A program made the position numbers and the translations under genes. Below are positions 1 through 13,000 of a DNA stretch of 64,000 bases, piece by piece (position 1 is the stretch's first letter; every line of letters starts with the position of its first letter). The stretch comes from Sphyrna mokarran. Taxonomy: Eukaryota. The notes below the pieces were generated by a model. It was given only the letters and a program-made list of their open reading frames with translations, had not been told where the DNA came from and did no database searches. Location of the stretch: positions 82,770,001-82,834,000 of the forward strand of contig JAGIQG010000008.1 in the NCBI GenBank assembly GCA_024679065.1, read 5' to 3'.

Positions 1-185
1 CACCATTAGAATCTGTCAAAGAAATGCCCTAAGGTAAAGCCAGGCTGCACTTAGTCCAACTTGTCTCTGTTTAATGCAGAGTATAAGAATATAATGAGCT
101 GTACAACTCTGAATTACTATTTCCCTACAAAGGAAGATAGGCTAGCCTGAGTGTAAATCAGAGCACATGGTGAACTTTCTGCCTT

Positions 186-191
186 TTTATT
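186..191 (-). terminator. Candidate polyadenylation signal AATAAA
   Basis: Minus strand reads TGTA...U-rich...AATAAAaaggcagaaagttcacCAtgtgctctgattt: upstream UGUA, hexamer, a CA about 17 nt downstream and a GU-rich tract. A second AATAAA is at 1406-1411. Confidence 0.55.
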
Positions 192-1943
192 AAAATATAT
201 TTTTAAAATAAAATTTAGTACATGACCAGAAATGGCATGTTAACGATATGTGATTCAAGTGAATTTTGATATACAGTATTAACCTGTACTGAAAAGCATT
301 TAGAGGAAACAGAGGTACTTCTAATGGCTGGTGATTTAATGGATTGAATGAGCAACATCACATATTTTAAGCTTCTCCACAGCAAGGTTGAAGCTAAGAG
401 CAAGGTTTCTGCATTTGTATTCCTGATACAGAACCGTGACTAGCAGAAGTTGCAATCAACACATATCATGAAGCTTTGACTATTAAAAGGAATGGATAGA
501 AAATCATGGTTTGTATGTCTACATTTTTCCAATATGCAGAATGATAGAGGAGGTTCCATCTCAGGAATATGCAGTCAGAAAACATAATCTTTTACAACAA
601 TTTTAATGAAACCACAACTAGACTGTGCCAGTCAATGTTGTGAGTGCAAGAAATTAAGTCCAGCACAGGAAATGAGTAATCCATTGAATTAAATGTTAGC
701 CTTTCAACATGCATTCTGGGTTCAAATAAAACTCAGTGATAGAATAAAAGTCTCTCCTTCCTATTCTTATTGCCAAGGGATCAGAGTACAAAATTTCATA
801 TAATCAGAGGCAACAAATTGACAATATCACAATCCATTAAAAAAAAATTCCCTCGAGAACACGCCAATGTAATTCCACAAACTACAGACAATTTTTTTGC
901 TGTGGTTGCTTGGTACAGTTGACTGGTACCTTGATGGCACAAGAGAATTGATGCCCAAAATTTAAAACTTTTCATTTTCGGCACTAAAACAAAATTTACA
1001 ACAAAAAAAATGGAAAAAGTAGAGGAATGATGATCTCTACCTCCAATTCCATGCTGTTGAAAAATTGCTTTGTAAGTAGATCTATAATCGTAGCTGAGTA
1101 AAGAGTCTCTAACTTGCCTACTTTCCTGTGACCTCCTCTCTGCTTGTTGCCATACTCTAATAGCAAGACTTAAATTGAAAATTCAATATCTGAGGAACTG
1201 TAGGTGTGATTCGTGTCATAGCACCTCATGTGATTCACCAGTATTCACTTTGCTATGATATTTAATATGAATAGCATGCATTCTTTGTTTATGCTTACTG
1301 CAATTCACCATTTACTATCTCATGATGTAATGCTACATATCACCTCTTATTTGGACTGTGATTAGACCATTTTGACAACAGATATTAAATGAGCCAAAGG
1401 AATTATTTATTTTTCAAGAACTCTAGGTCTATGTTCAGTGTCCTTAAAGCTCCCACCCCAATTAAACTGTGCCAAATAGGCAATAATGGCCATTTTGTAC
1501 ACAGCGAAACAACGTTACTTTACATATACCTAATTATAATGTAAAACTTCATAGCATTTGCATGGAAATGATCTAAAGGGTTACATTGGAGAATATTTAT
1601 AGGAATGGTAATACAATATTTTAAAATTTCTGTTAGTTGTCTTTCGGAATTCTAGGCCAATACTGTATGAACCACTAGGATTTCTGCAAGGAAATCCTTT
1701 AGGAATTTTGTTTGTTCCAATATGGTAGTTCTATAAGCCCTGGATAAAGAAGAACCAAGTTAAAATACTGTGTAAACCAGACATTGTCCACTTAAAAACC
1801 ACCTCTAAAAATCCAAAATCCATTAATATCTTATTTTTCATAACCAAACTGTGCATTTTAAAAAGTGCAGAGAAAATCATCCATGCATTAAGGGCATGGC
1901 TGAGTACTTATTTCGTGTGCACAAAAACACACTTTATATAGTT

Positions 1944-1977
1944 ACAGACACACAAACACACACAGAGACGCACACAG
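1944..1977. repeat. Imperfect (CA)n/(TG)n microsatellite in the 3'UTR
   Basis: acagacacacaaacacacacagagacgcacacag. Confidence 0.7.
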
Positions 1978-2544
1978 ATTTTAAGTTCCTGTTTTTCTTG
2001 ATTTTTCCCTCCCCCCCTCACTACTTTGACTGAGATAGGTGAAATGGGTGTCTTTAGAACCGCTAGCATCTACACCTGCACCGGAACACTACAAATGTCA
2101 GCTTATTCCGGGGGGAAAAAAAAGTACAAGTTTGTTTTCTCGATGCAGCGACTTCCTTTACTACTGGAAGAACGGTTTGCTTTTTTTTGTCACAGGAAAA
2201 TAAAAACTAAAATCTAAGCCACGTGACAATTGGCCACAGACTCCTCAGACACAGAAAATGAATTATGCCACTACCAAAATATGTAGGGGTTTTTAGGGGG
2301 GAGGGAGGAGTGTTGAAGCACTGGTGGATATGACCTCTTGACTAAAAAAAATGTTCCTGGCAGCTCAATGCTATTCAGTCCATGGCATATGGATTGGCTG
2401 CTGGGCTCCCAGAGTGTTGACTGAGTGATCCATGACTTCAGTCCACGTGCTTCATTGTGCATACTTAAAATGTCAAGGTTAATCAGATGTTGTCTTCTTG
2501 TCTTACGTCAGTTGTTTTTCCCTCTCTTTTGATTTGGTGAATAA

Positions 2545-2649
2545 TCATGCCTTGAGTTGGTGCCACTGAGCCACAGCATGTCGTGGCCGCCCAATCATAT
2601 CCTTCCAATGCTTGACTTCTCCGGGTCCACTCTTCCAAGACAAATATAT
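2545..2649 (-). CDS. SYT7: Synaptotagmin-7 last coding exon (C-terminus, WHxL motif, stop)
   Basis: [34 protein letters not shown] followed by TGA. Acceptor ctcAG at 2651-2650; 105 nt. Confidence 0.97.
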   Translation of the reverse strand: MYLSWKSGPGEVKHWKDMIGRPRHAVAQWHQLKA

Positions 2650-4429
2650 CTGAGGGAGACAAAAATCACATGTCAGTTTCATGTTTTGTTTAAATTCTAA
2701 ATTTGATCCCTATGTGCTGAAAATATCAAGAAAATCTCCGCATGCTGAGGAAAGAGTAACCACTATTGAGGTTTTTAAATGGGAGACAGGACCAGCGGTA
2801 GCCTGATACAGTGACCCTTTTCTTTTAGCTCTTCCACGGAAATAAGACAATTGGTCCATTTTTCAGATCAAAAGCCAATGGAAATTGGACAGATGCATTC
2901 CAACTCACACAAGGCTGCTACTCACATTAAAGATGTTCATTTTGTAGATGGACAGGTTTGCTTAATTAGGACTCTTGCTACACACATTGTATTCATAAGA
3001 TTAATAACAAAGTGGTTTAACGGACAGTAATTACCATGTTAGTCTATTTGGCAGAACTGGTGGCCGCCAGCCTTGCACAAATTTGGGCCGGATTGTTTTA
3101 AACTGGAATATTTAACATTAGGCCTGTGCTGAATCAAATATCAAATATATCTTTGTACATCCCTCTTTTCTCACTACACTAAAGGTTGAATTTAGAAAAT
3201 TACAGGTGGAAATTTCCATTCCAGAGATGTGAATGCGGTATGGGGGTTGCGAGGGCAGGGGGTGCAGTTTGGCAGCCTATTACCTGCTGGTGGGAAATCG
3301 CACATTTAAATGTCACACAAACACACTTTACGCCCACCAAAGTATCAAAGACAACAGCAGGCTGCCTCCACCTTTTGCTGTCAGGGATGCAACAAGACAT
3401 AGAAGTAGGGTTAGAAAAATAACAGAACGTTGACGTTATTTCTGGGTCTCAGTGTTCAATGACTATATATCAGGCCCCTTTGTAAATACATTTGCTGCTC
3501 ATGAGAATGGTCTCATTATTTGAAAGTGTTGTAGCATATGCATCTATCTACCCTCTTAGTGCCAGGGTGAACCATGCACCCACTCAATGATCACCTCCCT
3601 TTTTGAGCCTCATATTCATGTGACATGTAGCCGAATCATGATATCCACCCATGAGTCCTCAGGGAGATGTGTCAAACACTTTACTGGAAGCTTATAAAAT
3701 GTGTAGTAACGTCTACTGGCTACCCTAGCCTTGGAGAGTTAGCTGCAATTGTTTCTAAAAATGAGATGGCTGTCTTCATTGATAATGTCAAAGCACAAGA
3801 AGCCAGAAGGGACTCTCTAACTTTGTGTGCATCTCAGCATCTGCTAAACGTTCCTTGTTTAAGGTTGTGAAAAATGCAAGAAATCCTTTGATACAGCAAT
3901 TGTGCTGTTCTGCTGACTTCCACTTTTGAGTGCAGGGATACTGGGTTAGCTATTGACCTTTCCAAAAATTAAGATCTGGTGAATCATGAGAATTTATACT
4001 GAACTTAATCTGAATGTCACTAGAAAGGCCTTTCGCTTCATTGGCATGGTATGAAGGAAGAGAAGAAATGTAGCTGTGTCTCATTGCCTGCACCTTAATT
4101 CTTCTAGAAACTTGTGGTTGTCAATGTGGCACAGGTCTGTCTTCTGGTCTTGCTTCTTTGATGGCATCCTCACCTACAAGTTGACCTTCATCTCGCTCTC
4201 TGACCTTCCCATTCTTCTTCATCCAAGAAGCTTTATCCTTCATCAGCCTCCTCCAATTTTCCCTCTGGAAAGAGATTCTCTCCCTTTTGAAGCATTGAGT
4301 TGTGAAGGAAGCAACAGCCCACAATGTGAGCTACTCTCTGTGGACAGAACTGCAGAATTCCACCTGTGTGGGTTAAATATTGAAATTGCATATTCAGGAT
4401 GCTAACATTTTGTTTGATGATGGATCGTG

Positions 4430-5200
4430 TCAAGCTATGAGCCAGATTTTATCTCACCTCTGAGGCACTCTCAGGCTGACATATGGGTGTTATTTGCCAT
4501 ATTTGAGCAAGTACCTCTTATCCCCAAGCAGACAGCCTTGTAATGGTTGAGGCCCTTCTAATATTTGAAGTACATGGAAGTGTCTCAGGATGTATGAGTC
4601 ATGAGAACTCCCACATACAAGGCATAATTGTGCATAACATAGTTCTGATGATCACGCAACAGTTTGCGAATTCAGGGAATGGAAACCTCTCCTGTTAATA
4701 GACATCAGGGGCTGCTAGCATTGAGCTCTCAAAGCCAGATGTGTGCAATCAATTGCACAGTACACTCTTGGGAAACCTGAGATTACAGCAAACCCAGAGA
4801 TCCAGCAGCCTAGCTGGCTTCATTGAGCAGCAATCTTACATAATGATGAGCTTTACTGTAGAAGGCATCTGTCACCTCCATGATACATTTGTGTGTTGAG
4901 GATTGAACTGTATTGGTTCCGGTGGATCTCTGAAATGATCTGCAGGCAAAGAAATTGAGAATGGCAATGCCCTTCAAGGATAAGGGCAGAGTATGTCTTC
5001 CCAGTCCATGAGGTCTTGTATTTTCCTGCAGAATGTGGCAGATATGATCCACCGCATCCCTGGACAAGCAGAGATTAGCGCAGAATACATTGTCTTGCAT
5101 TCATTTCCAGATGGGCAAGTCCTCTTCAGTAGATCCTCAGTTGTGCAAGTCATCTTCATAGGATGGGTCTAATTTCCTCATCCCCTCGTTCTTATCAGGC
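4430..5200 (-). mobile_element. Degenerate PIF/Harbinger (HARBI1-like) DDE transposase remnant
   Basis: ORF 4810..5100 has LCLSRDAVDHICHIL...ILNFFACRSFQ...QSSTHKCIMEVTDAF. After a stop it continues GFAVISGFPRVYCAIDCTHLAL and later LGDKRY, matching the Harbinger GAIDCTH and GDxGY motifs. Interrupted by stops and frameshifts. Confidence 0.85.
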
Positions 5201-5899
5201 CACCCTAGACTATGGACTTCATGCCAGGCCTCCTCTTATAGCTTGGCGAGTCTGTATCCCTAGACAAGCACATGGGATACAGGAACATCAACACTGATGG
5301 TTTCAGTGGGGAGAACTGAAACGTCTCTTCTGCCTAATCAGCTCGCTGCCATCTAATAAGCCAGCACTGAATATAGGCTCCATTACTCAATCCTCCTTTT
5401 CCCTGTGACTGATAGATGTAACAGATTAATGAAGATATTAACCCTGATACTTGAGGTTGGAAGAGGTTTGGATGCATTCATGAAATTATCACCTTACAAA
5501 AGCACTCCAGCAATCTTTGATCTGGTACGGTGATTAAGCTCAACCTGTACTTCAATGATCGAATGTCTTCTGACCTGTTAGCATGCCAATTGGAGAAAGC
5601 GCATTAGAGGTTTTCATTGATGATCTGGCAGGTGTAGCTTCCCAAACGATTGCCTGAATTTTCCATTCTCACATACATCTCTGTTAACGCCCAAATGAAG
5701 CCAGTGGCTCCTGCAGCCTCCCATTAAAGTACAACAAAAGGCAATTGCACTTCTCAAGGAATTCTTCCTCTTTTCTCTCAGCTGTGACTCTGTTTCAGTG
5801 GTGAGACTCATAGCAGTTGAAGGGTGCCTTTGAAAGGACCCCTTAGCCTCACTGTGGACTCCTTCCACATTGCCTCAGACCCTCCTTGCAGAATCTTTT

Positions 5900-6850
5900 C
5901 CAGTTGCAGTTTTAATAATCTTTGGCAGTGCCTTCAGTCTTCCCTCCAGTTATTCTCCAGCCTTCCCAGGTAATCCTAGACCTCACTATAACTGTGGTGG
6001 ACATTCCAGTCCTCCCCACTGAACCCATACTGTTGATGTTCCTGTACTCCACGTGACCCTCATCCCTCCCAATCTTGAGGCTATATACACAGTCACGTAT
6101 CGAGAAGAATCCCCCTGGGAAACCTTTTGAATAGCAACCCGCTCTCTTTTTATTACCTTTTGCCTTTCTGCAATTGACTCCCCTAACCATGACTATCACG
6201 TCTGCAGCCCAGTTACAAGGCATACAAAGCTGTGGCCACTGACTGTAAGACAATGACCACCATCCAACACATCAATCTGTGCCTTATCCCTTGTCCTCCT
6301 TGGAGCAGGTCTATGATGTGCATGCCGATGGAAAGTCCTGTTTAATGACCTACGAAACCCAGGATTGTCTTTAATCTTTCAGTCTGATTTATAAGGTTAA
6401 CAGATACCCAGGATCTGCCTTTAATCTCTCATTCTGACCTCTTAGTCTCTGACCAGAGACTATGACTGTCTTTCAGTGAGCTTTCCCATTCCTTCATGAC
6501 CGATCATATGATCGCAACACAGACTCCTTTCCACCCATGCCCAACCCCTCCCCTCCCGCCCCACACCCGCCATTGGGTCTCTGTGCAACCCATCCTTTTT
6601 CTATCACACTAACACCCCATTCCAGAGTCACGTACGTCCGTTCCCATTCATATAGTTTGATTTCCATCTACCATCTTCTGTGTCTGAATTTTAGTCTTCC
6701 ACATTTAGCTCCAGTTTCCCCATCCTCTGATTCCACCCCCCCACCCCACCACTGCAACTCCACTGTCCCTTACATCTTTGTCATCCTGAACTTCATTAAC
6801 TCCACCACATTTCATTGATCCCCACGTCTCTATTGTCCTTTTCACCATCC
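5900..6850 (+). mobile_element. Old LINE remnant, probably L2-like (endonuclease region)
   Basis: Pyrimidine-rich decayed sequence of the kind seen in L2 ORF2; no intact motif. Confidence 0.35.
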
Positions 6851-7429
6851 CTGCCACAAGTTGTAATGCTGATTTCAGAGTGCGTCTCTTTTCAAAACCC
6901 ACAGTACACATCGAGTGCTGACCTCCCGGAGTATAGAGGCACCCACAATGAGCTGTGGTGTCACGCTGACATTGCTCAGAACAGGAGCAGCACTGTTACA
7001 GGTAGGCTTTGAATATTGCGCTCATTTCAAAGTCATGAGTGATGTGAAGGTTCATAGCTGCACTCCACTCATATCTGGTTGAGATTTAGTCTAGTTTAAT
7101 TTCCCACTGGGTTGGCATGTAATTGGGAGTGGGAATGTGAGTTGTGTTTCAAGGAGTATTCATGACATGCTAATACATGTTCCCAATATGTATCAGCAGA
7201 AACTGCATCCTTCACATAAACCCACCATGAAAGTGATAAGGGGAAAATTCTAAATTAATTTCCAATTGGCGAGATTCCAACATTTGGCCTCACTCTGAAT
7301 TTTCTGCTCCCACCATATGTGAAACATGCTGCTGGAAAGACCAGAGCATTCCATAGCATTTAGGCCATGCTGGAATTGCAGAGGTGCTACCTCTGGGGAA
7401 ACCTTCACCCCTCCCTCCCACCTCCCGTA

Positions 7430-7570
7430 GGTGGGAACAAAGGATTTCATGGCATCTCTCCCAGTGTCCTTGCCTGTACTTAACCCCCATCCAACACAAG
7501 TGAAATAGATCGTTCAGAAATCAACTTATTGCTATCTGTAGGACCTTGCTGTATCCAGGTTGGCATACAG
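7430..7570 (+). mobile_element. Deu-domain SINE fragment (SacSINE/AmnSINE-like core)
   Basis: ctcccagtgtccttgcc...aacacaagtgaaatagat...ttattgctatctgtaggaccttgctgtatccaggttggc resembles the Deu core as I recall it. A reverse-orientation fragment lies at ~18035-18135. Confidence 0.55.
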
Positions 7571-7789
7571 TAACGGTGATGGTTTCAGTAGTTCAATAGA
7601 ACATGGTACAGGAGAGGGTGGTGGATCTAATTTAGGGAGAGGTAGGTATCTATGGACAGCTGTTCAATACAATGGTGAGTTTTATGGTGACAGAGGTATG
7701 ATAAAGGTTTCAGTGAAAGATTACTTTTGATAGGGGTGGAAGTTAAATCAATTGTGTTTTTTGGGGTAGTGAAAAGTATTATGGTTCGA

Positions 7790-7890
7790 AACAAAAACAG
7801 AAAATGCTGGATCAGCGGGTCTGACAACATCTGTCGAGAGAGAATAGAGCTAACGTTTCAAGTGAAGTTGACCCTTCATCAGAGCTGAAA
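7790..7890 (-). mobile_element. Penelope-like element terminal fragment containing a minimal hammerhead motif
   Basis: Plus strand aaaacagaaaatgctgga...acatctgt.gagagagaa...aacgtttca...gacccttcatcaga. Related copies at ~23200-23300, 23695-23830 and 47680-47945. Confidence 0.6.
7848..7886 (-). ncRNA. Minimal type I hammerhead ribozyme-like motif
   Basis: agct-CTGATGA-agggtcaacttcactt-GAAA-cgtt-agct: both core boxes intact, 4-bp stem I, palindromic stem III (AACGTT), weak stem II. Confidence 0.55.
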
Positions 7891-7899
7891 GGTTCAGAA

Positions 7900-8750
7900 G
7901 CTTAGTCTGAAATTGAACAGGATGCTGATTGGTTCAGTCTGAGACAGTAGCTGAGGAGGCAGATAGAATCAATCCTCCCAATGTTGAGCTAGAATTGATG
8001 GTGGTTCCCCCAAGGCTGGATAAGTATTCTGACAATGCTGAGTTGGCAGAGAGGTGAGGAAAGTGGTGAAGAGGTAGAATTGGGTGTCAGCGATGTCCAT
8101 GTGGAAGGTGATCCTTTCTTTGAAATTATGTCACAAATTATATTAATTCATGCAGCATATGATTTAAGAAGTGGGAGCTGAGACAGCTCGCCAGTACATT
8201 CTCAAGGGCAGTTAGGGACAGGCAAAGCTAGCGATACCAATATCGCATGAATGAATATTGAAAGAAAAGAATAAACAGTGAGGGGATGGAAACAAAACCT
8301 AACAGCAAGCATTCTCTGGCTACCATTGTACAGCTGTAATACCTATTACAGCTAACAGTGGAACCAAGTGAGGACATCTCCACCAAGCTGAAAAAAAAAG
8401 GAAAAGCATAAGGAATAATAGCTGGTCAACAGAGTGGAAGGTAGCAGAGGCAAAGGAAACAAGTAAATAAAAATGCATTGTATTCACCAATGATGTCACT
8501 TGTGCCTTGAGGCCATTTTGGTGCTGTGACAGGGATGAACATCTGATTCGTGAGATTTAAATGCAGTGCTGTAAAAGAAGGCCACATGTTTTGAAGATGA
8601 CAGTGTATTCCAGAACTCTGGAGGGGAAAAGAAGTTTGGAGTGGTTATTTACAAGGCCTGAGGGCTCAAGGATGGATTTTTCTGAGAATGGACTGATGAC
8701 ACTGATTTTGATGCTGGAAACTGAAATTATTTCCCGTGCTTCTTTGAGTT
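7900..8750 (-). mobile_element. L2-clade LINE reverse transcriptase remnant
   Basis: Minus strand at ~8060-8110 reads FHMDIADTQFYL (cf. L2 FHxYADDTQLY). Interrupted at ~8185-8270 by a short repeat tail. Confidence 0.65.
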
Positions 8751-9362
8751 GTGGTAAAGTTTCCATTTTGGTGTCCTCAACAGCTCAGAATATTCCACCT
8801 GTGATGTATTTGCCTGGTAACAACAAGACCCAGAACTAACAAAGAGAACGAGAGGATGCAATCTACACAGAGACAATGGAGAATCTCCCAACAGCCCATA
8901 TTCAAAGTGGCTGATGAGATGCATCCTTTTTCCTTATGTGTATTTGTCTTTTCCTTAATTAATATGTTGCCATTAGTAATTGGTACACTACAGCTGGCTG
9001 CTTATTCTCTTGGGTGGTTTCATTTGATTCCTCACACTGTTCCAAAAGACAATAATATATACCACTACAAACCGATGTCTCACATTGGTATGTCCTCGCA
9101 GATTACATCAGTGTGGTTCATGGCACAACTTATAAGCGAAGCGTTGACAAATTACATAGAGTAGTAAGCTGTAATTGAATTGGTCACATTAAAACGATGC
9201 ACACTGGTTCCGGGACATCAGTGATCTTCTCACTGTGAGATTGAGAAACAGCTCATTGGATACACTTTTACCCACTTCATGTGAAGCCAAGACTGTGATG
9301 TCAATCTTAGAACCTAGTTAAAACAATACATCAATTAACATTAATTGGTATTTTGTACGAAC

Positions 9363-9562
9363 CTTTCCAATAACATCATTTCTGCTCAGCTTGTCTTTAT
9401 CCATCACAGTGATAATAATAGTTGTTTCTCGCAATATCTCCGTCGGTACATCGAACACAAAAGACTCATTAAAGATGGGGTTTAAACACCTCTTCATCAC
9501 AACTGTCTTCTTCTTCTCCACTTTCTTGTCTTTGTACATGAGCCAAACTTTAACATATGGGT
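9363..9562 (-). CDS. SYT7: Synaptotagmin-7 coding exon (C2B core)
   Basis: (D)[66 protein letters not shown] within ORF 9318..9608. Acceptor tgcAG at 9564-9563, donor AAG|GTTCGT at 9362; 200 nt, phase 1 to 0. Confidence 0.97.
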
Positions 9563-10066
9563 CTGCAAGAAAGGCAAACCATAAAGGACACAAAGTAATT
9601 AGTCTCAATTATTTATCTCATTAATAGTCAAAACATGGCACTTGTATTGAATACTGATGTTATCTTCTTGATATAGCAATTGAGGAAAACAGACATAATA
9701 CTGAGGAAATATATTCAAACATCAAAGCAGTATGACCTGTTCCTTCATAAATAAAAAATGAATATTAATCAATGTAAAGGGAACCTTTCTTTCACATCTT
9801 TCACATATGTCAAACCCAATTGGGACTAATAAAAAATGTTTACGTTGAATGCCATGGCTTAACGAGTCTAGCAGCAATGAATTTGGACTACCTCAACTCC
9901 GTGTTGGGAGTTTCAAAATCATTGATTTTAGTGTGACTGGGGCCATTTGGAAAAAAAGGTATATGATGTCAATCATCTCAATCAAGGATAAAAAGGGGAA
10001 TGCCGGTAGAACAGTAAAATAAAAAAATGTACTGAGCAGTCTTGAGTTGCTCATGCCTGCAAGAGA

Positions 10067-13000
10067 AATGGTGGGCCAATTAGGCACCTTGGGTCCTTTT
10101 GTTGAAGAAAATGAATCATGGAGTTCCTATTCAGATTGTTTTCAGTACTTCATATAAGCAAATAAAGTTGCAAACAAGTTGCTCCTACTAGCTTTTTTTC
10201 AGCATGACAGAAAGTAAAACATTCATCAGAGCCTGGTTCATCAAGCAAAGCCAGGCACCAAAACTTACAGTGAACTGGCAAAGATCCTTAAACATCATTA
10301 CCCCCCAAAGCCACTGATCATCATCGAATGGTTCATATTCCATTGAAGAAATCAAATGGAAGGCATAAGGATTGCTCAGTTTGTAGCAACCTTAAAATGG
10401 CTGGCATTGTGAGTTTGGTGAGTCATTAGAAAATACTCTGAGTTTGTCAGGTTTGTGTCCTCCAAAATGAAACTATCCAAAGAAAATTGCTTAACAATGT
10501 GTTTTGACTTGGACAGCATGGTAGAACAGTGGTTAGTACTACTGCCTCTCAGCATCAGAAACCAGGTTCAATTCTATCTTGGGTGACTGTCTATGTGGAG
10601 TTTGCACGTTCTCCCTGTGCCTGTATGAGTTTCCTCTGGGTGTTTTCCTCCTACAGTCCAAAGATGTGTGGGTCAAGTGGCTTTTTTCTGCACAGTAGGG
10701 ATTCTATGGACTTGAAAGACAGCAGTGAAATCACAATACCAATGTAACTGGCTGCTAAAAGGCTTCACCATTTGGTGCAGGAAAGAAGATCCACAAGTTG
10801 GGAACTGCTCATAAGATGTCAAAACAGCACAAGCATATCACAGATGTGCCAAAATGGGGCAGTCAACAAGTGACTGCTGGAGCAAGGATAGTCACTGCAA
10901 ACCTTGTGGCAAAATGGATCACATTGTAAATGTTTATTGGGCTAGACCAGATTCCCTTGAGAAAAATGTTTAGAAGAATCTGGTACCTTCAAGAAGAACA
11001 ACAAATTGCATTCTACAACAATAACTTACAACATGGAAGAAATAAATTATGATTGTCCAAATCATATGATTTGGAGGATGTCCAAAAATATGAAGAAGAG
11101 TTCCAACTTATCCTACAAGGTGATCCTTCACTGGAATCTTATAGATTCTGGGTGATTCCAAAGTTTAGTGCACAATTGTTAAACTGGAGATTGATATTGA
11201 TGCTGTTGAATCTTAAGTCCCTAAGACTATATTCCTACAAAAGCTAAAACATCTCCCTTTAAAAATAGCTGATGTGATCTTATCGTGCTGACATAAGGTT
11301 ACATCATGGTCAACATAGTGTTGGTGGACAGACAACAGAACTGCCTCACCATTTGGTCCATGGTAATTTTCCAGCTCCATTTAAAACATTCTGGTTGGAG
11401 AAGTAAAGTTTAATTGGGAGTGCTGCCAACACACTGGTTGATGTCAAAACAGACCTACAGCACCTTCTGGATAAATATAAGAATGTGTTTGAAGGGACAC
11501 TTGGCTCAATGAAGGGAATTCAAGTGAAACTGGAATGAAGCCTAATAGTCAACCAAAAAGTCTCAAAGCAAGAGCACTGCCATATGTAATTTGTCTGAAG
11601 GTCAAAGAAAAATTAGTATGACTTATTAACAGTGGTGCGTTAGGGCAGGTTACAATGGGTAATTGAGCTGTCCCCATTAAACCCGTCATAAAATCAAATG
11701 GTTTAGTTCATATTTGTGGTGAGTTTAAAACAATCATAAATCCAGTGTCATATGCTGATCAATATCTGCTTCCTTTAGCTGAAGTTTTGTTTAGTAGATT
11801 ATCAAGTAGCCAGAAATTCAGCAAGATTGATCTTTCACAAGCATATTTTTAGGTGACTGTAGCTGCTAAAACTCAACCATTGCTTATCATTGTTGCTCAC
11901 AAAAGTCTTTTCTGTTATAAAAGATTGCCTTTTGGAATAATATCTACACCAGTCTCATTCCAAAGATCGCTGAACCAGATTTTAAGTGGTCTCTCTGGTA
12001 TACAAAGTTACCTGCATGATATTCTAATTACAGGGTCCAGTGAACAGGAATAATTTAGAAGCAACATTAGGATGTCTTCAAGCAAATGGTTTGCATATCA
12101 AGAAAGAAAAGTGTGCTTTTTTCCCCAAATGTCAGTACAGTGTATAGCCTACAAAAGATCAACCATAAAGCATCTAAAAAGATGGATACAATTTTAGAAG
12201 CACCACTTCTGATGAATGTGACATTATTGATATCTTTTTTAGAATTAGTAAATTTTTATGGCTATTATTAGCTATATTAATGAAGACATTGCATTATTTA
12301 TTGTGTGTGAAACAATCATGGAACTGGGCAACAGAATGTGAGAATGTATACAAGGATATCAAAGCTGCTTTGCAGAAGTCTGAAGTATTGATTCACTTTA
12401 ATCCAAAGCAACTATTACTGTTTGCTTATGATGCTTTACCTTATGGAGTATGGGAAATTTCACATGTTCTACCTTTGGGAGAAGAAAGACCAATTGCTTT
12501 TGCTTTATGTACTCTGATTTCTACTGAATCTAACTATGCTCAACTAGGAAAAAGAAACCTTGAGTATAATTTTTGGTGTATGAAAGTTTCATCATTATTT
12601 ATATGGTCACCGTTTCACATTATTGGTTGACATTGACCATTAACTATTATTTTTGCACCGTATAATGACATACTGTCGTTAGTTGCTAGCCGATTGCAAA
12701 GATAGTCACTGATCTTACCTGCATGCTCCTGAATATAAAATTTCATCAGAGTGTCATGCTAATACTGGTGCATTGACATAATTACCTTGATCTATTGAGC
12801 AGATGTCACTTACTAGTTTTGCTAATGTTCTTTATTTTTGGCTGGGAGATCATTTGCCTGTGACAGCTTCTCAACTTCAGAAACATAACAGATCTTGTGA
12901 TGGGAAAGATAATGGATGTGGTATTAAAAGGAATGATTGCATCCTGATTTGAAACCTTATGTGCCAAGAAAGCTTGAATTGACTGTTCAAGGTTAGTGTC

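Larger units (their letters stand above)
165..2544 (-). other. SYT7: Probable SYT7 3'UTR (~2.4 kb)
   Basis: Follows the stop codon, is AT-rich, lacks the SINE/LINE debris seen in the introns, and ends near a poly(A)-signal-like site. The 3' end is inferred. Confidence 0.6.

Noticed and set aside
1659-1770. Two CAGUAUU (miR-200b/c/429-type) seed matches in the 3'UTR
   Set aside because: AT-rich 7-mers occur by chance in 2.4 kb; not supportable without conservation data.
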